This document shows, one piece after another, positions 17,893 to 28,294 of a stretch of DNA of 64,000 nucleotides. The position numbers were made by a program, and so were the translations under genes. This stretch comes from an uncultured virus (IMG/VR IMGVR_UViG_3300047546_001556) (Duplodnaviria; Heunggongvirae; Uroviricota; Caudoviricetes; Autographiviridae): IMG/VR virus record IMGVR_UViG_3300047546_001556; one strand, written 5' to 3'. The notes under the pieces are model-generated. The model worked only from the letters and a program-made list of their open reading frames with translations. It ran no database searches and was not told where the DNA came from. Within the stretch, counting starts at the first letter, position 1; each line of letters opens with the position of its first letter.

Positions 17893-19031
17893 GGGTCGGC
17901 AAGGATGGCCCACCCGCTGCTGGGTCCCTCCACCAGCCAACGGGGCCCCCAGTTTTTGCGGCTGTACGCGAGCCCCGCACCTTTGCTGCTCAGGTACACG
18001 CCGTTGACTACGTCCATTTCGCCGAAGGGGTCGTTGACGATCACCGCTGTTTTGGTGAAGCCGATCACGGTGAGCCAGTGCCCCCCGCCGGTGGGGGCGG
18101 AGCTGGGCCCGTGATGCAAGAACCCGCACGGCACGGGCACGCCGCGGGCGATCTGGCGCTCAAGGTCGCTCCAAGTTGCGTTTTGGGTGAACCGAGCGTT
18201 GATGCCAAAGCTGCGCAGCGCACGGAGCTGGGCGGTGGCATCGGTCGTGTCGCCGAACTCCAGCACTTTCTTGAGGTATTGGTCGTCCGCCGCAGGGCCA
18301 GTGATCGCGCCGGGGCGGAGTGCCGAAACAAGCATTGCGCAGGAGCTGCTAAAGCACATACGCATGGCTTGCCCAGCCATTGTGCTGTCGCGCTGGGAAT
18401 AGAACGGCACCCGCAGGGGGTTGGGGAACGGTGTCGGGCCGGGGAGTTTGCTGACTGGCGCGTTCTCGTTCATCAGCGCAATTAGGCGCTCTGCATACAA
18501 AGGATCGGTGGCGTATTTTTCTCGCACCAGCGCGCGGGCAGCATCGTTTCGGGTGCGCTCGCGGTTAATACCCTTGAAGCTTTTGTAATCCTTGTACCAA
18601 CGGTCAACCAAATACTGAACCGCTGTGGCCAGGTTGGGGAAGTTCAGGAATGAGTCTGTGATCGTGATCCACTCACCGTTCACAAACTCGCGTGTCTCGC
18701 TGCTGGTGCCAGAGCCCTTAAGGCCAAATGGGTTGTTGGACCCGCCGCCAGGCATGTGTTTGCCCCAGCCGGACTCAAGCGCCCACTGGGCAGCAACAAG
18801 TTCTGGGTACGCTGCTCCTGCTGCTTTTGCGGCTGCGGTGATGCCGTCCCAGCTGTTTTCGACGGAGATGCCTGGCTTAGGGCCGGGGGTGGCGCGGAAC
18901 AGCAACGCAAATTCGTTAAGTTGCTCCGGCGTCAATACGCTCTCCAGCCAGTTCCACGCCGCAAGCTGGTGAGGCTCGCTCTTGGTGAACTTGACCGCGT
19001 CAACGAGGCGGATGCTGCGCTGGGGGCTCAT
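17889..19031 (-). CDS. Endolysin: GH73/glucosaminidase-like domain plus C39-like cysteine peptidase
   Basis: 'AAQWALESGWG..NNPFGLKG...YATDPLY' and 'VPFYSQRD...MCFSSSCAM...GGHWLTVIG...VNDPFG'. Confidence 0.85.
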   Translation of the reverse strand: MSPQRSIRLVDAVKFTKSEPHQLAAWNWLESVLTPEQLNEFALLFRATPGPKPGISVENSWDGITAAAKAAGAAYPELVAAQWALESGWGKHMPGGGSNNPFGLKGSGTSSETREFVNGEWITITDSFLNFPNLATAVQYLVDRWYKDYKSFKGINRERTRNDAARALVREKYATDPLYAERLIALMNENAPVSKLPGPTPFPNPLRVPFYSQRDSTMAGQAMRMCFSSSCAMLVSALRPGAITGPAADDQYLKKVLEFGDTTDATAQLRALRSFGINARFTQNATWSDLERQIARGVPVPCGFLHHGPSSAPTGGGHWLTVIGFTKTAVIVNDPFGEMDVVNGVYLSSKGAGLAYSRKNWGPRWLVEGPSSGWAILADP

Positions 19032-19091
19032 GCGTGTCCCTTGCGAAGAGATGTTGTGACATCAAACGGAGCCCCGGCAGTTTGAGTTGAG

Positions 19092-19334
19092 TCAAACCTT
19101 GGTCTCCAGAACAGTGAGACGTTGCTCAATCGAGTTGAGCCTTGGGAACAGCTCTTGGCGGTCGTCCTTGATCTCCTGGCGCAGGAGTGACACCTCACCG
19201 GCGATGTGCTCCACCGCCACGGTCAAGCGGATGACGGCGCGGGCCGCTTCATCGTCTTTCCGCATGAAGTTGCCAATACCGCTGGCACCAATGCCAACAG
19301 CAGCACCGATGACGGCGGCCAAGACTTCAACCAC
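19092..19334 (-). CDS. Lysis-region membrane protein with coiled coil
   Basis: N-terminal TM segment, coiled-coil C-terminus, directly upstream of the endolysin. Confidence 0.6.
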   Translation of the reverse strand: MVEVLAAVIGAAVGIGASGIGNFMRKDDEAARAVIRLTVAVEHIAGEVSLLRQEIKDDRQELFPRLNSIEQRLTVLETKV

Positions 19335-19336
19335 GA

Positions 19337-19510
19337 TCAGCGACGGCGCCTTTTGGTGTTTTGCTCAGCCTGAGCTGCAGCAGCGATGCCGCGCAGTGCC
19401 GCAAGGATCAACTGCACCCAGCCGTTGGCTTTGACGCCGGGGATGTAGCTCAGCAGTTCACTGCCCGCTAGCAACGCAATGGCCAAACCTGCAAGTTCTT
19501 CTGGGGTCAT
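19337..19510 (-). CDS. Putative holin-like small membrane protein, 57 aa, not in ORF track
   Basis: Manual translation MTPEELAGLAIALLAGSELLSYIPGVKANGWVQLILAALRGIAAAAQAEQNTKRRRR; hydrophobic segments and basic tail. Confidence 0.65.
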   Translation of the reverse strand: MTPEELAGLAIALLAGSELLSYIPGVKANGWVQLILAALRGIAAAAQAEQNTKRRRR

Positions 19511-19542
19511 GGCCAGCAGGGCTGCTCTGTCTAAGTTGCCCG

Positions 19543-19782
19543 CTACTTGCTCTTCTGCAGCTCCTGCAGCAGGTACTGGCGCATCGCGCGATCTGCCGGC
19601 GTGGGATCAGCCTTGAGATCTAGCTCCAACACCTTGAGCTTGAGCTGTTTGGCATACAGCTCGTTGAGCTGCTCCTTCACATCCGCAGCTTTGGCGTAGC
19701 GGCTTTCAACAGCGACAGTGGTGCCCACGATGGCCGTGAGCACCGCGATCACTGCACCCGCTGTAGCGAGATGACGTTCCAC
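19543..19782 (-). CDS. Small membrane-anchored hypothetical protein
   Basis: N-terminal hydrophobic helix followed by coiled coil. Confidence 0.55.
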   Translation of the reverse strand: MERHLATAGAVIAVLTAIVGTTVAVESRYAKAADVKEQLNELYAKQLKLKVLELDLKADPTPADRAMRQYLLQELQKSK

Positions 19783-19799
19783 GCTCTTAATGCGCTGTC

Positions 19800-20120
19800 T
19801 TAAGCAGCAGCCGGTGGGTCTTGAGCAGGTTCCTGCACATCCTCAGGAGTGGGTTCCGGCAGCGGGGTCAGATCCGGCGGAGGTGCCACGAACACGTCGT
19901 TTGCCTCGTCGTAGGTATCGCCGGGTCCAGCGTACTTGCCACGGATGCGGCCGTTGTAGCTGGTCTGTACCCATCGACTATCGGCACCGTACAGCGATTT
20001 GCAGAAGGCAATACCCGCTGCTTCGGATTCATTGCCGTCTGGATCAAGGCACTCGGCGTTGTTGATGACAATCACCTGAGTCACCATGTTGGATTCGTTG
20101 AGCTTTGCGAAGTGTGCCAT
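19800..20120 (-). CDS. Tail-fibre-associated small protein
   Basis: 'MAHFAKLNE.N.VTQVIV...WVQTSYN...YAGPGDTYD...F'; coupled to the Gly-rich gene. Confidence 0.7.
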   Translation of the reverse strand: MAHFAKLNESNMVTQVIVINNAECLDPDGNESEAAGIAFCKSLYGADSRWVQTSYNGRIRGKYAGPGDTYDEANDVFVAPPPDLTPLPEPTPEDVQEPAQDPPAAA

Positions 20121-21058
20121 CAGACTGTTACCAAGAATGTGCCGGAGCTGTTGAAGGTGTAGATGCGATAGCCAGGGCGTGAGGTTGTATCGACTGAGGG
20201 GCTACCTGTGACGGTAGCGGCGGGGAATGAATCGGGGTAAGCAATAATCACTACACCGCTACCACCATTGGCGCCGGATGTATTCACGGTGCCAGCGCCA
20301 CCACCGCCACCATGGCCTCTGTTTGCAGTGCCAGCGACTGCAGCGGTAGTTGTACTTGCTCCGTTGTTGCCAACAGCAACGGAGCCGGAACCAACATTAG
20401 TGTTAGTACTACCGCCACCACCTCCGCCACCGTATCGGACCACGGCTCCTGTATTTAGAATATCAAGCCCTGCTCGAGGGCCACCGCCAGTGCCACCAGT
20501 TAAGGTGCTGTTAGAACCGCCAACACCACCAACACCACCACCACCACCGCCGCCACCAGGAGGACTTGCAGCAGCTCCGGAATATCCACCTCTTGCATAG
20601 AAGCTACCGCTGAAATTTGAATTGAGGAACGAAGTGCTAAACCAAGTATTTTGATCGAAAATGGTTGTGCCCCAGAAAGGCACACCACTGGCGGCGTTAC
20701 CGGACCCACCTGTATTGCCAAGGCAAGCAACGCCATTATTAATAACAGCTGCAGCAGCGTTAGATCCGGCGCCACCGCCGCCACCACCAAATGCACTGGC
20801 TTGCCCAACGAAAGATGTGGTGCCATTGGTGCCTTTGGCGCCTGCACTACCACCGGAACCGCCTGCTCCTACAGTGACGGTGTAAGTGAAATTCGGGTCA
20901 AGCGGCATCACTCCTTCGGAAACATTTCCACCACCGCCACCTCCACCGCCATTGGTACTACCGCCGCCTCCACCGCCGCCGCCACCAACAATGCTGACGA
21001 TGGCCGGAATAGCAGAGGCGGCGTTGCTACCGCCAAAGAATTGAGAAAGTGTAGACAT
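20120..21058 (-). CDS. Glycine-rich tail/receptor-binding protein
   Basis: Poly-Gly blocks, 'YTVTVGAGG', 'NGGSGVVIIAYP'. Confidence 0.8.
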   Translation of the reverse strand: MSTLSQFFGGSNAASAIPAIVSIVGGGGGGGGGSTNGGGGGGGGNVSEGVMPLDPNFTYTVTVGAGGSGGSAGAKGTNGTTSFVGQASAFGGGGGGAGSNAAAAVINNGVACLGNTGGSGNAASGVPFWGTTIFDQNTWFSTSFLNSNFSGSFYARGGYSGAAASPPGGGGGGGGVGGVGGSNSTLTGGTGGGPRAGLDILNTGAVVRYGGGGGGGSTNTNVGSGSVAVGNNGASTTTAAVAGTANRGHGGGGGAGTVNTSGANGGSGVVIIAYPDSFPAATVTGSPSVDTTSRPGYRIYTFNSSGTFLVTV

Positions 21059-22857
21059 CAGATCACCCTCCAGCCACGAGTGGCATCAACGTAGTAAAGA
21101 GTGACAGTGATGTCACCCTTGTCAATGGTCATGTTTTCCGCGAGAGACATAATGTTTGTGCCGTTCCTGGCGATGGTTGTATCAGTAAACGTTCCTGCAA
21201 CAGTGATGGACACTTCCCACCCAGCGGATGGTGATGCAGGAAGCGTAATAGTCAAGCCAGATGCCGTAACTGTGCAGCGTTCTCGGTTGGCAAGCGTCTT
21301 GCTGATGCCGGTTGTTGTAACGGTGTAGGCAGAAAGCTTGCTGTTTGCTGTTGTTTGAGCTGATGTTGCCGTGTCAAATGCGGTTTTAACAGCGTTAGGA
21401 GTAGCCGCAGTAGTGGTGCTTGTGCTGCTGGTCGAATCAGTCAGTTGAACAGCGCCTGCATTGCTTGTAGTTGCAGCCTGAATCTTGCTGCCTTCAATGC
21501 CAGCACCAGCCGCAACCTTGGCATTGGTAACGCTGCCATCGGTGGGCGTGCGAGTGTTGGATAAGCGTGCGTCGTTGGTAACCACAGCTGCCTGACCACC
21601 AACGCTCAGGCTGCCGCCAATCGCTACAGCGCCTGCAGGATCAACAGTGAGGCGTGCCGTACCGCCAGTAACCAGGGCAAGTTCGTCAGCTCCTGTATGA
21701 GCAATACCGGTATTGGTGTCACCGTCAAAGGCGTAGACAGGTGAAGCCGTTGAGGTGCTGTCATCAGCTTTCAGCTGGCCCGTAAGGGTGCCACCAGATG
21801 TTTTGAGGTATCGAGCGTCTGAATTGGTTGCAAAGTATCCAAACCAGTTCCACGTCCCACCGCTGTATTGGATTCGCGCTGCAATGCCGCTGTCGCCAAC
21901 AAACCCAACAGGCAGGCCAGCTAAAGGCGTGAAGCTTTCAATGCCAGTGGAGTCTGTGACTTGGATGTTCTGGCCATTGGTCGGGCTACCTGGGATCGCA
22001 GCGACATTGGCAACAGGCGTAAATACAGCAGACGAACTGATCGCCGCAATCGCAGCATCAGCCTTGGTGTTTGCCGTGTTCGCTGTGTTGACGGCAGATG
22101 TGGCATTGCTCGATGCCGTGTTTGCAGTTGTTACTGCATTTGAGGCATTAGTTGCAGCCGTATTAGCAGTTGAGACAGCAGAGTTTGCGGTCGACGTTGC
22201 TGAGTTTGCCGTGCTTAGTGCAGTGCTGGCAGTTGATGATGCAGCATTCGCGGTGCTAACTGCAGAGTTGGCAGTGCTGATAGCAGTGGCAGCGTCTGAT
22301 GCAGCTGATGCCGCAGTAGCGGATGCAGCATTGGCAGTATTAACAGCAGACGTTGCATTCGTGCTAGCAGTATTTGCCGTCGAAACAGCTGCACTAGCAT
22401 TTGTACTGGCTGTATTAGCTGTAGATACAGCAGCAGAGGCATTGCTCGATGCAGTGTTAGCAGTACTAAGAGCAGTGTTAGCTGTACTAATAGCAGTGTT
22501 GGAGTTCGTCAGCGCAGTGTTTGCCGTGGTGGTAGCAGATGCTGCGTTATTAGACGACTCTTGGGTTACGTACAGGTTCTGCGTGAAGTTCTCATTCAGA
22601 TCCTGAGCGCGAATAGACGAGCCCGGATAGAAGGTAGCTGCTGTAGCGGCATCATCGGTCTGACGATAAATACGAATCGCAGCACCATTGGCGGGAGCAG
22701 CGTTAAACTGTACCGTTGTTGGGTTGGCTAGGGTGTATGCAGTTGTATTTGTACCATTGACACTTACCTTGATGTCAGTGGTCTCAAGATATGGAAAGGT
22801 AAAAGAAAAGAGAACGGTAGAACCGTTCCCTGTATACGTATTCTGAGTGACAGCCAT
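21058..22857 (-). CDS. Tail fibre (T7 gp17-like N-terminus)
   Basis: 'YTGNGSTVLFSFTFPYL...IRAQDLNENFTQNLYVTQE' anchor domain followed by Ala/Ser/Thr/Asn repeats. Confidence 0.9.
   Translation of the reverse strand: MAVTQNTYTGNGSTVLFSFTFPYLETTDIKVSVNGTNTTAYTLANPTTVQFNAAPANGAAIRIYRQTDDAATAATFYPGSSIRAQDLNENFTQNLYVTQESSNNAASATTTANTALTNSNTAISTANTALSTANTASSNASAAVSTANTASTNASAAVSTANTASTNATSAVNTANAASATAASAASDAATAISTANSAVSTANAASSTASTALSTANSATSTANSAVSTANTAATNASNAVTTANTASSNATSAVNTANTANTKADAAIAAISSSAVFTPVANVAAIPGSPTNGQNIQVTDSTGIESFTPLAGLPVGFVGDSGIAARIQYSGGTWNWFGYFATNSDARYLKTSGGTLTGQLKADDSTSTASPVYAFDGDTNTGIAHTGADELALVTGGTARLTVDPAGAVAIGGSLSVGGQAAVVTNDARLSNTRTPTDGSVTNAKVAAGAGIEGSKIQAATTSNAGAVQLTDSTSSTSTTTAATPNAVKTAFDTATSAQTTANSKLSAYTVTTTGISKTLANRERCTVTASGLTITLPASPSAGWEVSITVAGTFTDTTIARNGTNIMSLAENMTIDKGDITVTLYYVDATRGWRVI
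22060..22545 (-). repeat. Coding tandem repeat (about 14-aa 'ANTASTNASAAVST' units) in the tail fibre
   Basis: Heptad-periodic repeats visible in both translation and DNA. Confidence 0.8.
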
Positions 22858-22862
22858 TTGCC

Positions 22863-25800
22863 CTAGTAGGGATAGTTGTTAATGATTTCCGCCGGCTTCA
22901 ATACATCAGCTGTACGGTTCAATCGCTGTTCCTGCTTAAAGGATTCCTTAATAGCCAATTGGCGACGTTGGGAGAAACCTTGACTTACATCAGTCAATCC
23001 GAGCTCCATCGTTGCAACAGCACGGTCGTGGTGCATACGAACGATGCTCATGATGTTCTGATGAGCAGGGGTCTTATCAATATCAACGCCTTCATTTCGT
23101 TGGCGTTCAGATTCAACCTTATCAACCTTCAGATACTGAGGGCTGTTGAAGTACTCCAGAAGATCCTTCTTCAGCTGACCGTCACCTGCCCGAAGGCGGG
23201 TGTATTCGACCATCTCCTCATTGGTGAGGTCTTGAATATTCAGCTTGCGTTGGTCATTATCAATATCAACCCCCTCGGCTGCAAGCATCTTGTGGATGGG
23301 CTCAAAACGTGTCTTGGAGAACCGCAGACCGAAGGTAAATGGAGATATTGCACCCATTAAGCCACCTGCAAACCCTGGTACACCATCACGCTCTATCGGT
23401 TTACCGGTAATCGGATCAAGCTGCTGAGGGAAGGCTTTTGTGCTGCCAAGGCCGGTTTGCTTCTTGATAAACCAATCCCAGGTCGGCTCGATCTGGCTAC
23501 GCATCTCGCGGATGGCAGTATCAATCCACTGACCAACCTGATTACGGAAGCCGGAATAAGGGACAAGGCCACGAGTAATATTCTCTCCGATACGCTTCAC
23601 ATCCGAAGGACTAGAAGCATTGATCAGCTGAGCAAGAGTCGAGATCTGAGTGAGGTAAGACTTGTTGACCACGTTAGACATGATCGTTGGCAGGATTGCC
23701 AACCAAGCATTTTCAGTCTCGCTACGACCACCAAAGAACAACGAGCCCATATCAGCCATCGTGCCCAGCACAGCAGTAGCCGGCTCAAGGCCTTGATAGT
23801 TAATTTCCATACCACCGATGCGAATGGTATAGGGCTTGTTGTAAGTCAGCCAAGTGTCGCGGTTTTCACCACGTAGTGGTCCAGCTCCGGTGATAGACCC
23901 AGAAGCTCCTCCAATAAAACCACTGACAGCAATAACATAGGACATTGCCTCAGCACCATCCCGCATTGCCCGGTAGTAATCAGACCCATTCTTGTACTGC
24001 TTGTCGGCGTACTTAAGCAGGGTGCTAAGGCCAGGAGTCAAGTTGGCAGATGCCTTAAGGATTGCAGACGGCGTCTTCACGAAGGTAACGCCCAGGGTCT
24101 TCATAAACGGGATGGAAGACAGGTCGTTTAGCTTGCGAGTAAGGATGTCAGCTTCACCAATTGGAGTTTGGAAGGTGAAGGTATTGCCGAGATGGATTGC
24201 CTCCTCATCAATAATTTTGAGGCCGTCGTCGCTGAAGATACGCTGGAGATGGTAATCCTTAAGCTGTTGAGTAAGCTCGGAGAATTTCTCCGCTCGCTTA
24301 CCAGTGAGAGGGGCATCACCAAGATCGACCAGCGCATCCTCTACAGCACGCCGAGCGGCAACCTGACGGGCAGCAACAATCTTGAAGAAGTTATCGGTAG
24401 ACCCCATCAGCGCCATCATTGGACGCATAAAGGGGGAATCCAGGAACTTACGCCAAGTAATCGCAAGCGCGTAGGCAGACTGTTGAGCCCAATGGAGCTC
24501 TCCTGCCTCAGCCATCGCCTTGACCCTTGTCATGTTGTTTTCAAGGGTCTCGTCCCAGACGTTGTATTCCTTGATGTCAGCATCCAAAGCCTGCCACTGC
24601 TGTTTGTAGAGGCGGCTCATAAGGTTGCTGAATTCCATCCAGGAATCCCAGGTAGCTCCAATAGCAGCTACGGCCTGGCGACGAACAGGCTCATTGCTCT
24701 TACCAGGAAGATGTGTTCCCAGGTAGGCAAGGAGGGGGTGTCCCGTGGACTGGTAGAAGTTACCCCAAAGGTTACGACCTTGAGTAGTAGGGCCAGAAAG
24801 AATGGAGTTAACGTACAGAGCATCCGTGTTCTTACCCATTGCAGCCAGTACGGTCTGCATTACCTTGATGTTCTTAGGCTCAGGAACAGCAACGGCCAGG
24901 CCTGTGGCAACACGTTCTAGGTGCTTGAAGGCTTGGGGATTTCCAGCACGGATTTCCTTCTGTAGCTCGGAGAAAGCACGATACATGTTTTCATCACGAG
25001 CAATCTCATCCGCACGTCTTGCCTGTAGTTCCTCAAAAAGTTTACCTGCTTCTTTACGGGTAGCAGGCGAATCAGCGAGAAACTGCCCAACGTAGTCCAT
25101 TTCACGCAGCTTTCCAGACGCAACCTGTTTGTGCACAGTGCGAATCTGGAGCATTGCCTTCATCCGTTCAATGAGGCGATTAGCATCACTGAACGCTTCA
25201 GGCGATCCGTCTTTAATACCGTTCAGGACGCTGTAGCTGAGATCCTGTGCCTGACGCTGGAGCTCTTTAAGAACAAGTCCGTTAGCTGCAAGACCCTTGG
25301 TCGAGAGCTGTACGTACTTTCCGTCAACGACAGACGCAACCTCTGGGTTGCTTAGGGATTGCTGTACCTGATCATCACTCATCTCCAACCAATCTTTGGC
25401 CAGAGCTTCTGCATCCTCAATCTTGCGGAGAGTATCAGCAGGTGTATAGATGAGCTCCCGATCAATCTCATTAACGACCTTATCGAGCAACATGTAGCCC
25501 TTAGGGTCATTAGCAAGGCTATGGACATCCATATCAGTGAGGGATGCCTTACCAGGCTTAGCGGTATTGACAACGCTCTGATCAAGAGGCTCATCAAAAG
25601 TCTCAAGAACGCTGTTACGCGGGCGGGCATTGACCAGCTCATCCACCTCGTAGCCGTTCTGTACGGCTTCTTTACGGGTAGTGGTGGGGACAATATCCTC
25701 AGCCTGCTTAGCAGCAGCTTCTACGGCCTCAGGGGGCACGCTGGGGAGCTTCCTACCTACCTGAGATGGCTGTACGGATCCCTTCTGGATGTTGGAAGAG

Positions 25801-28292
25801 ATTTCGTCAACAAGCTGGCTCCAACGGGCATAAGGGGCCATAGACCCTGAACCCTTAGGAGCAGGGGCCAGGAAGTCCACAGAGGCGATGGTCCCGTCAA
25901 CAGAGCGGACATTGCCCGTACCGCCTTGGGTGGCGATCTGTTGTCCAGTGCCTACAAGGTCGCCTTCCTTGACCTTGATGCTTCCATCAGCCAGGTGGCC
26001 GTACAGAACATCAACGGACTGGCCGGTCTTGGGATCGATGGACTCGACCACGACATAGTTGCCATAACCCTTCTCCCTGCCAATCTGCTTGACCTTTCCG
26101 TCCAACAGGGCCGGGAAACGCTTGTCCTCGAAGTAGAGGTCAAAGCCCGGCTGACCGCCAGAGCGCTCCTTGACGATGGAGGTGACGTTCTTAGCCGACA
26201 TATCCACAGGGACAAAGTCAGCAACGAACTGGTCGGTAGCACCACTAGCCCGAGCAACGATGGCCTCACGCTGGACCTGGAGCTGCTGGAGCTGGGCTTG
26301 CATTTCCCTGTACTGGCTATCGAGACCTGCTGTTGCCTGTCGGGTCTCCACAGAACCCTTAAACAGGTCCATACGCTCCTGCTTGAGCTGCTGGAGCATC
26401 TCGCTGACACTCTCCTGGGAGCGAAAGTCAGCAGGGATTGGCTCAGGGCGTTCGACATTGTCGAGACGGGCTGCAAGGTTGGCGGCAACCTGATCGCCTG
26501 TAGCGCCCAGATCTGACAGAGCGGCCTTTACTTCGTCGATGTTGTCTGCCGTAAGACCTTGAACCCTGCGGCCAGGCGTGATTGTGACCCCCTCAGGGAG
26601 CTGAACCTGTTGGATACGAGCAACCTGCGCCTTGGAAAGGCTGAGGGGGATGGCCTGGGAGGCCTGGGCATCAGCAAGACGGGGAAGGGTTGGAAGCTCA
26701 GCCTGGAGCTGTGCAATTTCAAAGCTCTTGGCTCCGCCTTGTTGGGTGACCTGAGCGACCTGGGTCTGGTTAATCAGACGTTGGTTCTCGATTTGGCGGA
26801 GCTTGGAGTTGATTTCACCAATTTGACTGTCGAAATTGCCTACATAGTCAGAGATCTGAGGCAGCCGCATACCTTCAAAGACCACCTCCTCAGGAGGGCC
26901 CCCGTACTGGACGGTGTTGGCTAGGTCATCAAGTTGTTTGGCAGCTGGATAGGACTCAATACGTTGACGCAGGTAGTCATAAACAGGGTCCTTCTCATCA
27001 ATAGTCCCTGCTGCCTCAGTGATGAGAGCGTTCAACTTCAGCCGCTGCGGATCCTCTTGGATTAATCGCAGCGCAAGATCACGCTCGGTAGCACGAGTGT
27101 AATCGAGCGTCGAGCCGAAATTATCATCTGCGAAGTTCTTGGCCAGAAGTGTGCGAAGACGCTGGTTAGCCTCCTTGGCTAGTCTTGGAGCAGCGGCTTC
27201 ACGGACGGCCTTCTGGTACTCGGCTACAAGCTTGAACTTCCTTTGATCTCGAAGCACCTTCGGATCAGACATCATCTGACGTGTCTGATCGAGGAGGGAG
27301 CGGATTTGGTCCTCAGTGCTGGCTGGGGTAATCGGATCGAGCTTGACACCAAGCTGCGACTCAACTTGACCTAGAAGGTCTGTCAGTTTCTGCCGGTTCT
27401 TCCCTTTGAAATAGCTATCACTGACTTCACCAAGGCGGCGCAGAGCTTTACCAGCACCGGTTACCTGCCAGAGAGCCTTGGCAGCAGGCACACCGGCCGC
27501 CTCGAAGAGCGCACCTTCCAGTCCCACAAGGGCGCGGTTCTGGATGGGATTGTTGGTGTCCTGTGTCTGGAGCCACCGAGTGAAGGGGGTGGAACCAATC
27601 AGGGTCTGGTCTTCAGCAGAGCCATCAGCACCGATAAAGTCTTCGATGAATCCCTGGGCAGCACGGCCACCAGCAAGGGCAGCACCGGTCTGACCAGCAG
27701 TGAGAGCGCCACGGGTGGCAGCACTACCGACAAAACCACCAGTGACATAGCGCGTGAGGGTACGGAGGCCATCACCAGCGACGGTGTTGTTCTCCTTGAC
27801 CAAGCCAAAGCGGACAGGTTTGTAGTTATATCCGAAGAGAGTAGTGGCCTGACCAGGGAGGTTTACAACACCTTCCCAGAAGTCCTCAACACCACCAGCA
27901 ACACCTCTGATGATCTCGGCAGTTGGATCCTTGGCAGTGAAATCCTCGATGGCCCGCATCTTCTCTTGGAAGACACCACGTTGGTTAGCGCGCTCCCGAG
28001 CAATCTGATCTGGTGTCTTCTTGTCTCCCTGAAAAGTATTGTCGATAAAGTCGGCTGCAGGAATAGCAACCTTCTCTTCAATGAATTTACCAACACCCTG
28101 GAGAGGTTGAGACACATAGGGCCCCTGCTGCTCGGGTTTCTTAGCCTTGGCAGGCTGCTGAGCAGAGGGCTTAGCCTGTCCTTGAGGGGCCGCTTGCGTC
28201 GCCTGCTGCTGCTTTTGTTGGAGCTTTTTAAGCTCATCAAGATCGTATTGAGCTTCAGGGGGCAAGCTCACCCCATCAAGAGAATAAGGCAT
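22863..28292 (-). CDS. Internal virion protein (T7 gp16 position) with M23-peptidase-like domain
   Basis: 1809 aa, syntenic; internal 'PGFDL...GYGNYVVVE...LYGHLADGSIKVKEGDLV'. Confidence 0.8.
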   Translation of the reverse strand: MPYSLDGVSLPPEAQYDLDELKKLQQKQQQATQAAPQGQAKPSAQQPAKAKKPEQQGPYVSQPLQGVGKFIEEKVAIPAADFIDNTFQGDKKTPDQIARERANQRGVFQEKMRAIEDFTAKDPTAEIIRGVAGGVEDFWEGVVNLPGQATTLFGYNYKPVRFGLVKENNTVAGDGLRTLTRYVTGGFVGSAATRGALTAGQTGAALAGGRAAQGFIEDFIGADGSAEDQTLIGSTPFTRWLQTQDTNNPIQNRALVGLEGALFEAAGVPAAKALWQVTGAGKALRRLGEVSDSYFKGKNRQKLTDLLGQVESQLGVKLDPITPASTEDQIRSLLDQTRQMMSDPKVLRDQRKFKLVAEYQKAVREAAAPRLAKEANQRLRTLLAKNFADDNFGSTLDYTRATERDLALRLIQEDPQRLKLNALITEAAGTIDEKDPVYDYLRQRIESYPAAKQLDDLANTVQYGGPPEEVVFEGMRLPQISDYVGNFDSQIGEINSKLRQIENQRLINQTQVAQVTQQGGAKSFEIAQLQAELPTLPRLADAQASQAIPLSLSKAQVARIQQVQLPEGVTITPGRRVQGLTADNIDEVKAALSDLGATGDQVAANLAARLDNVERPEPIPADFRSQESVSEMLQQLKQERMDLFKGSVETRQATAGLDSQYREMQAQLQQLQVQREAIVARASGATDQFVADFVPVDMSAKNVTSIVKERSGGQPGFDLYFEDKRFPALLDGKVKQIGREKGYGNYVVVESIDPKTGQSVDVLYGHLADGSIKVKEGDLVGTGQQIATQGGTGNVRSVDGTIASVDFLAPAPKGSGSMAPYARWSQLVDEISSNIQKGSVQPSQVGRKLPSVPPEAVEAAAKQAEDIVPTTTRKEAVQNGYEVDELVNARPRNSVLETFDEPLDQSVVNTAKPGKASLTDMDVHSLANDPKGYMLLDKVVNEIDRELIYTPADTLRKIEDAEALAKDWLEMSDDQVQQSLSNPEVASVVDGKYVQLSTKGLAANGLVLKELQRQAQDLSYSVLNGIKDGSPEAFSDANRLIERMKAMLQIRTVHKQVASGKLREMDYVGQFLADSPATRKEAGKLFEELQARRADEIARDENMYRAFSELQKEIRAGNPQAFKHLERVATGLAVAVPEPKNIKVMQTVLAAMGKNTDALYVNSILSGPTTQGRNLWGNFYQSTGHPLLAYLGTHLPGKSNEPVRRQAVAAIGATWDSWMEFSNLMSRLYKQQWQALDADIKEYNVWDETLENNMTRVKAMAEAGELHWAQQSAYALAITWRKFLDSPFMRPMMALMGSTDNFFKIVAARQVAARRAVEDALVDLGDAPLTGKRAEKFSELTQQLKDYHLQRIFSDDGLKIIDEEAIHLGNTFTFQTPIGEADILTRKLNDLSSIPFMKTLGVTFVKTPSAILKASANLTPGLSTLLKYADKQYKNGSDYYRAMRDGAEAMSYVIAVSGFIGGASGSITGAGPLRGENRDTWLTYNKPYTIRIGGMEINYQGLEPATAVLGTMADMGSLFFGGRSETENAWLAILPTIMSNVVNKSYLTQISTLAQLINASSPSDVKRIGENITRGLVPYSGFRNQVGQWIDTAIREMRSQIEPTWDWFIKKQTGLGSTKAFPQQLDPITGKPIERDGVPGFAGGLMGAISPFTFGLRFSKTRFEPIHKMLAAEGVDIDNDQRKLNIQDLTNEEMVEYTRLRAGDGQLKKDLLEYFNSPQYLKVDKVESERQRNEGVDIDKTPAHQNIMSIVRMHHDRAVATMELGLTDVSQGFSQRRQLAIKESFKQEQRLNRTADVLKPAEIINNYPY

Positions 28293-28294
28293 AG

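Noticed and set aside
21755..22606. Long antisense ORFs (e.g. 21755..22606, 35432..36550, 41237..42187, 728..1489)
   Set aside because: Shadows of well-supported genes on the opposite strand, with no recognisable motifs.
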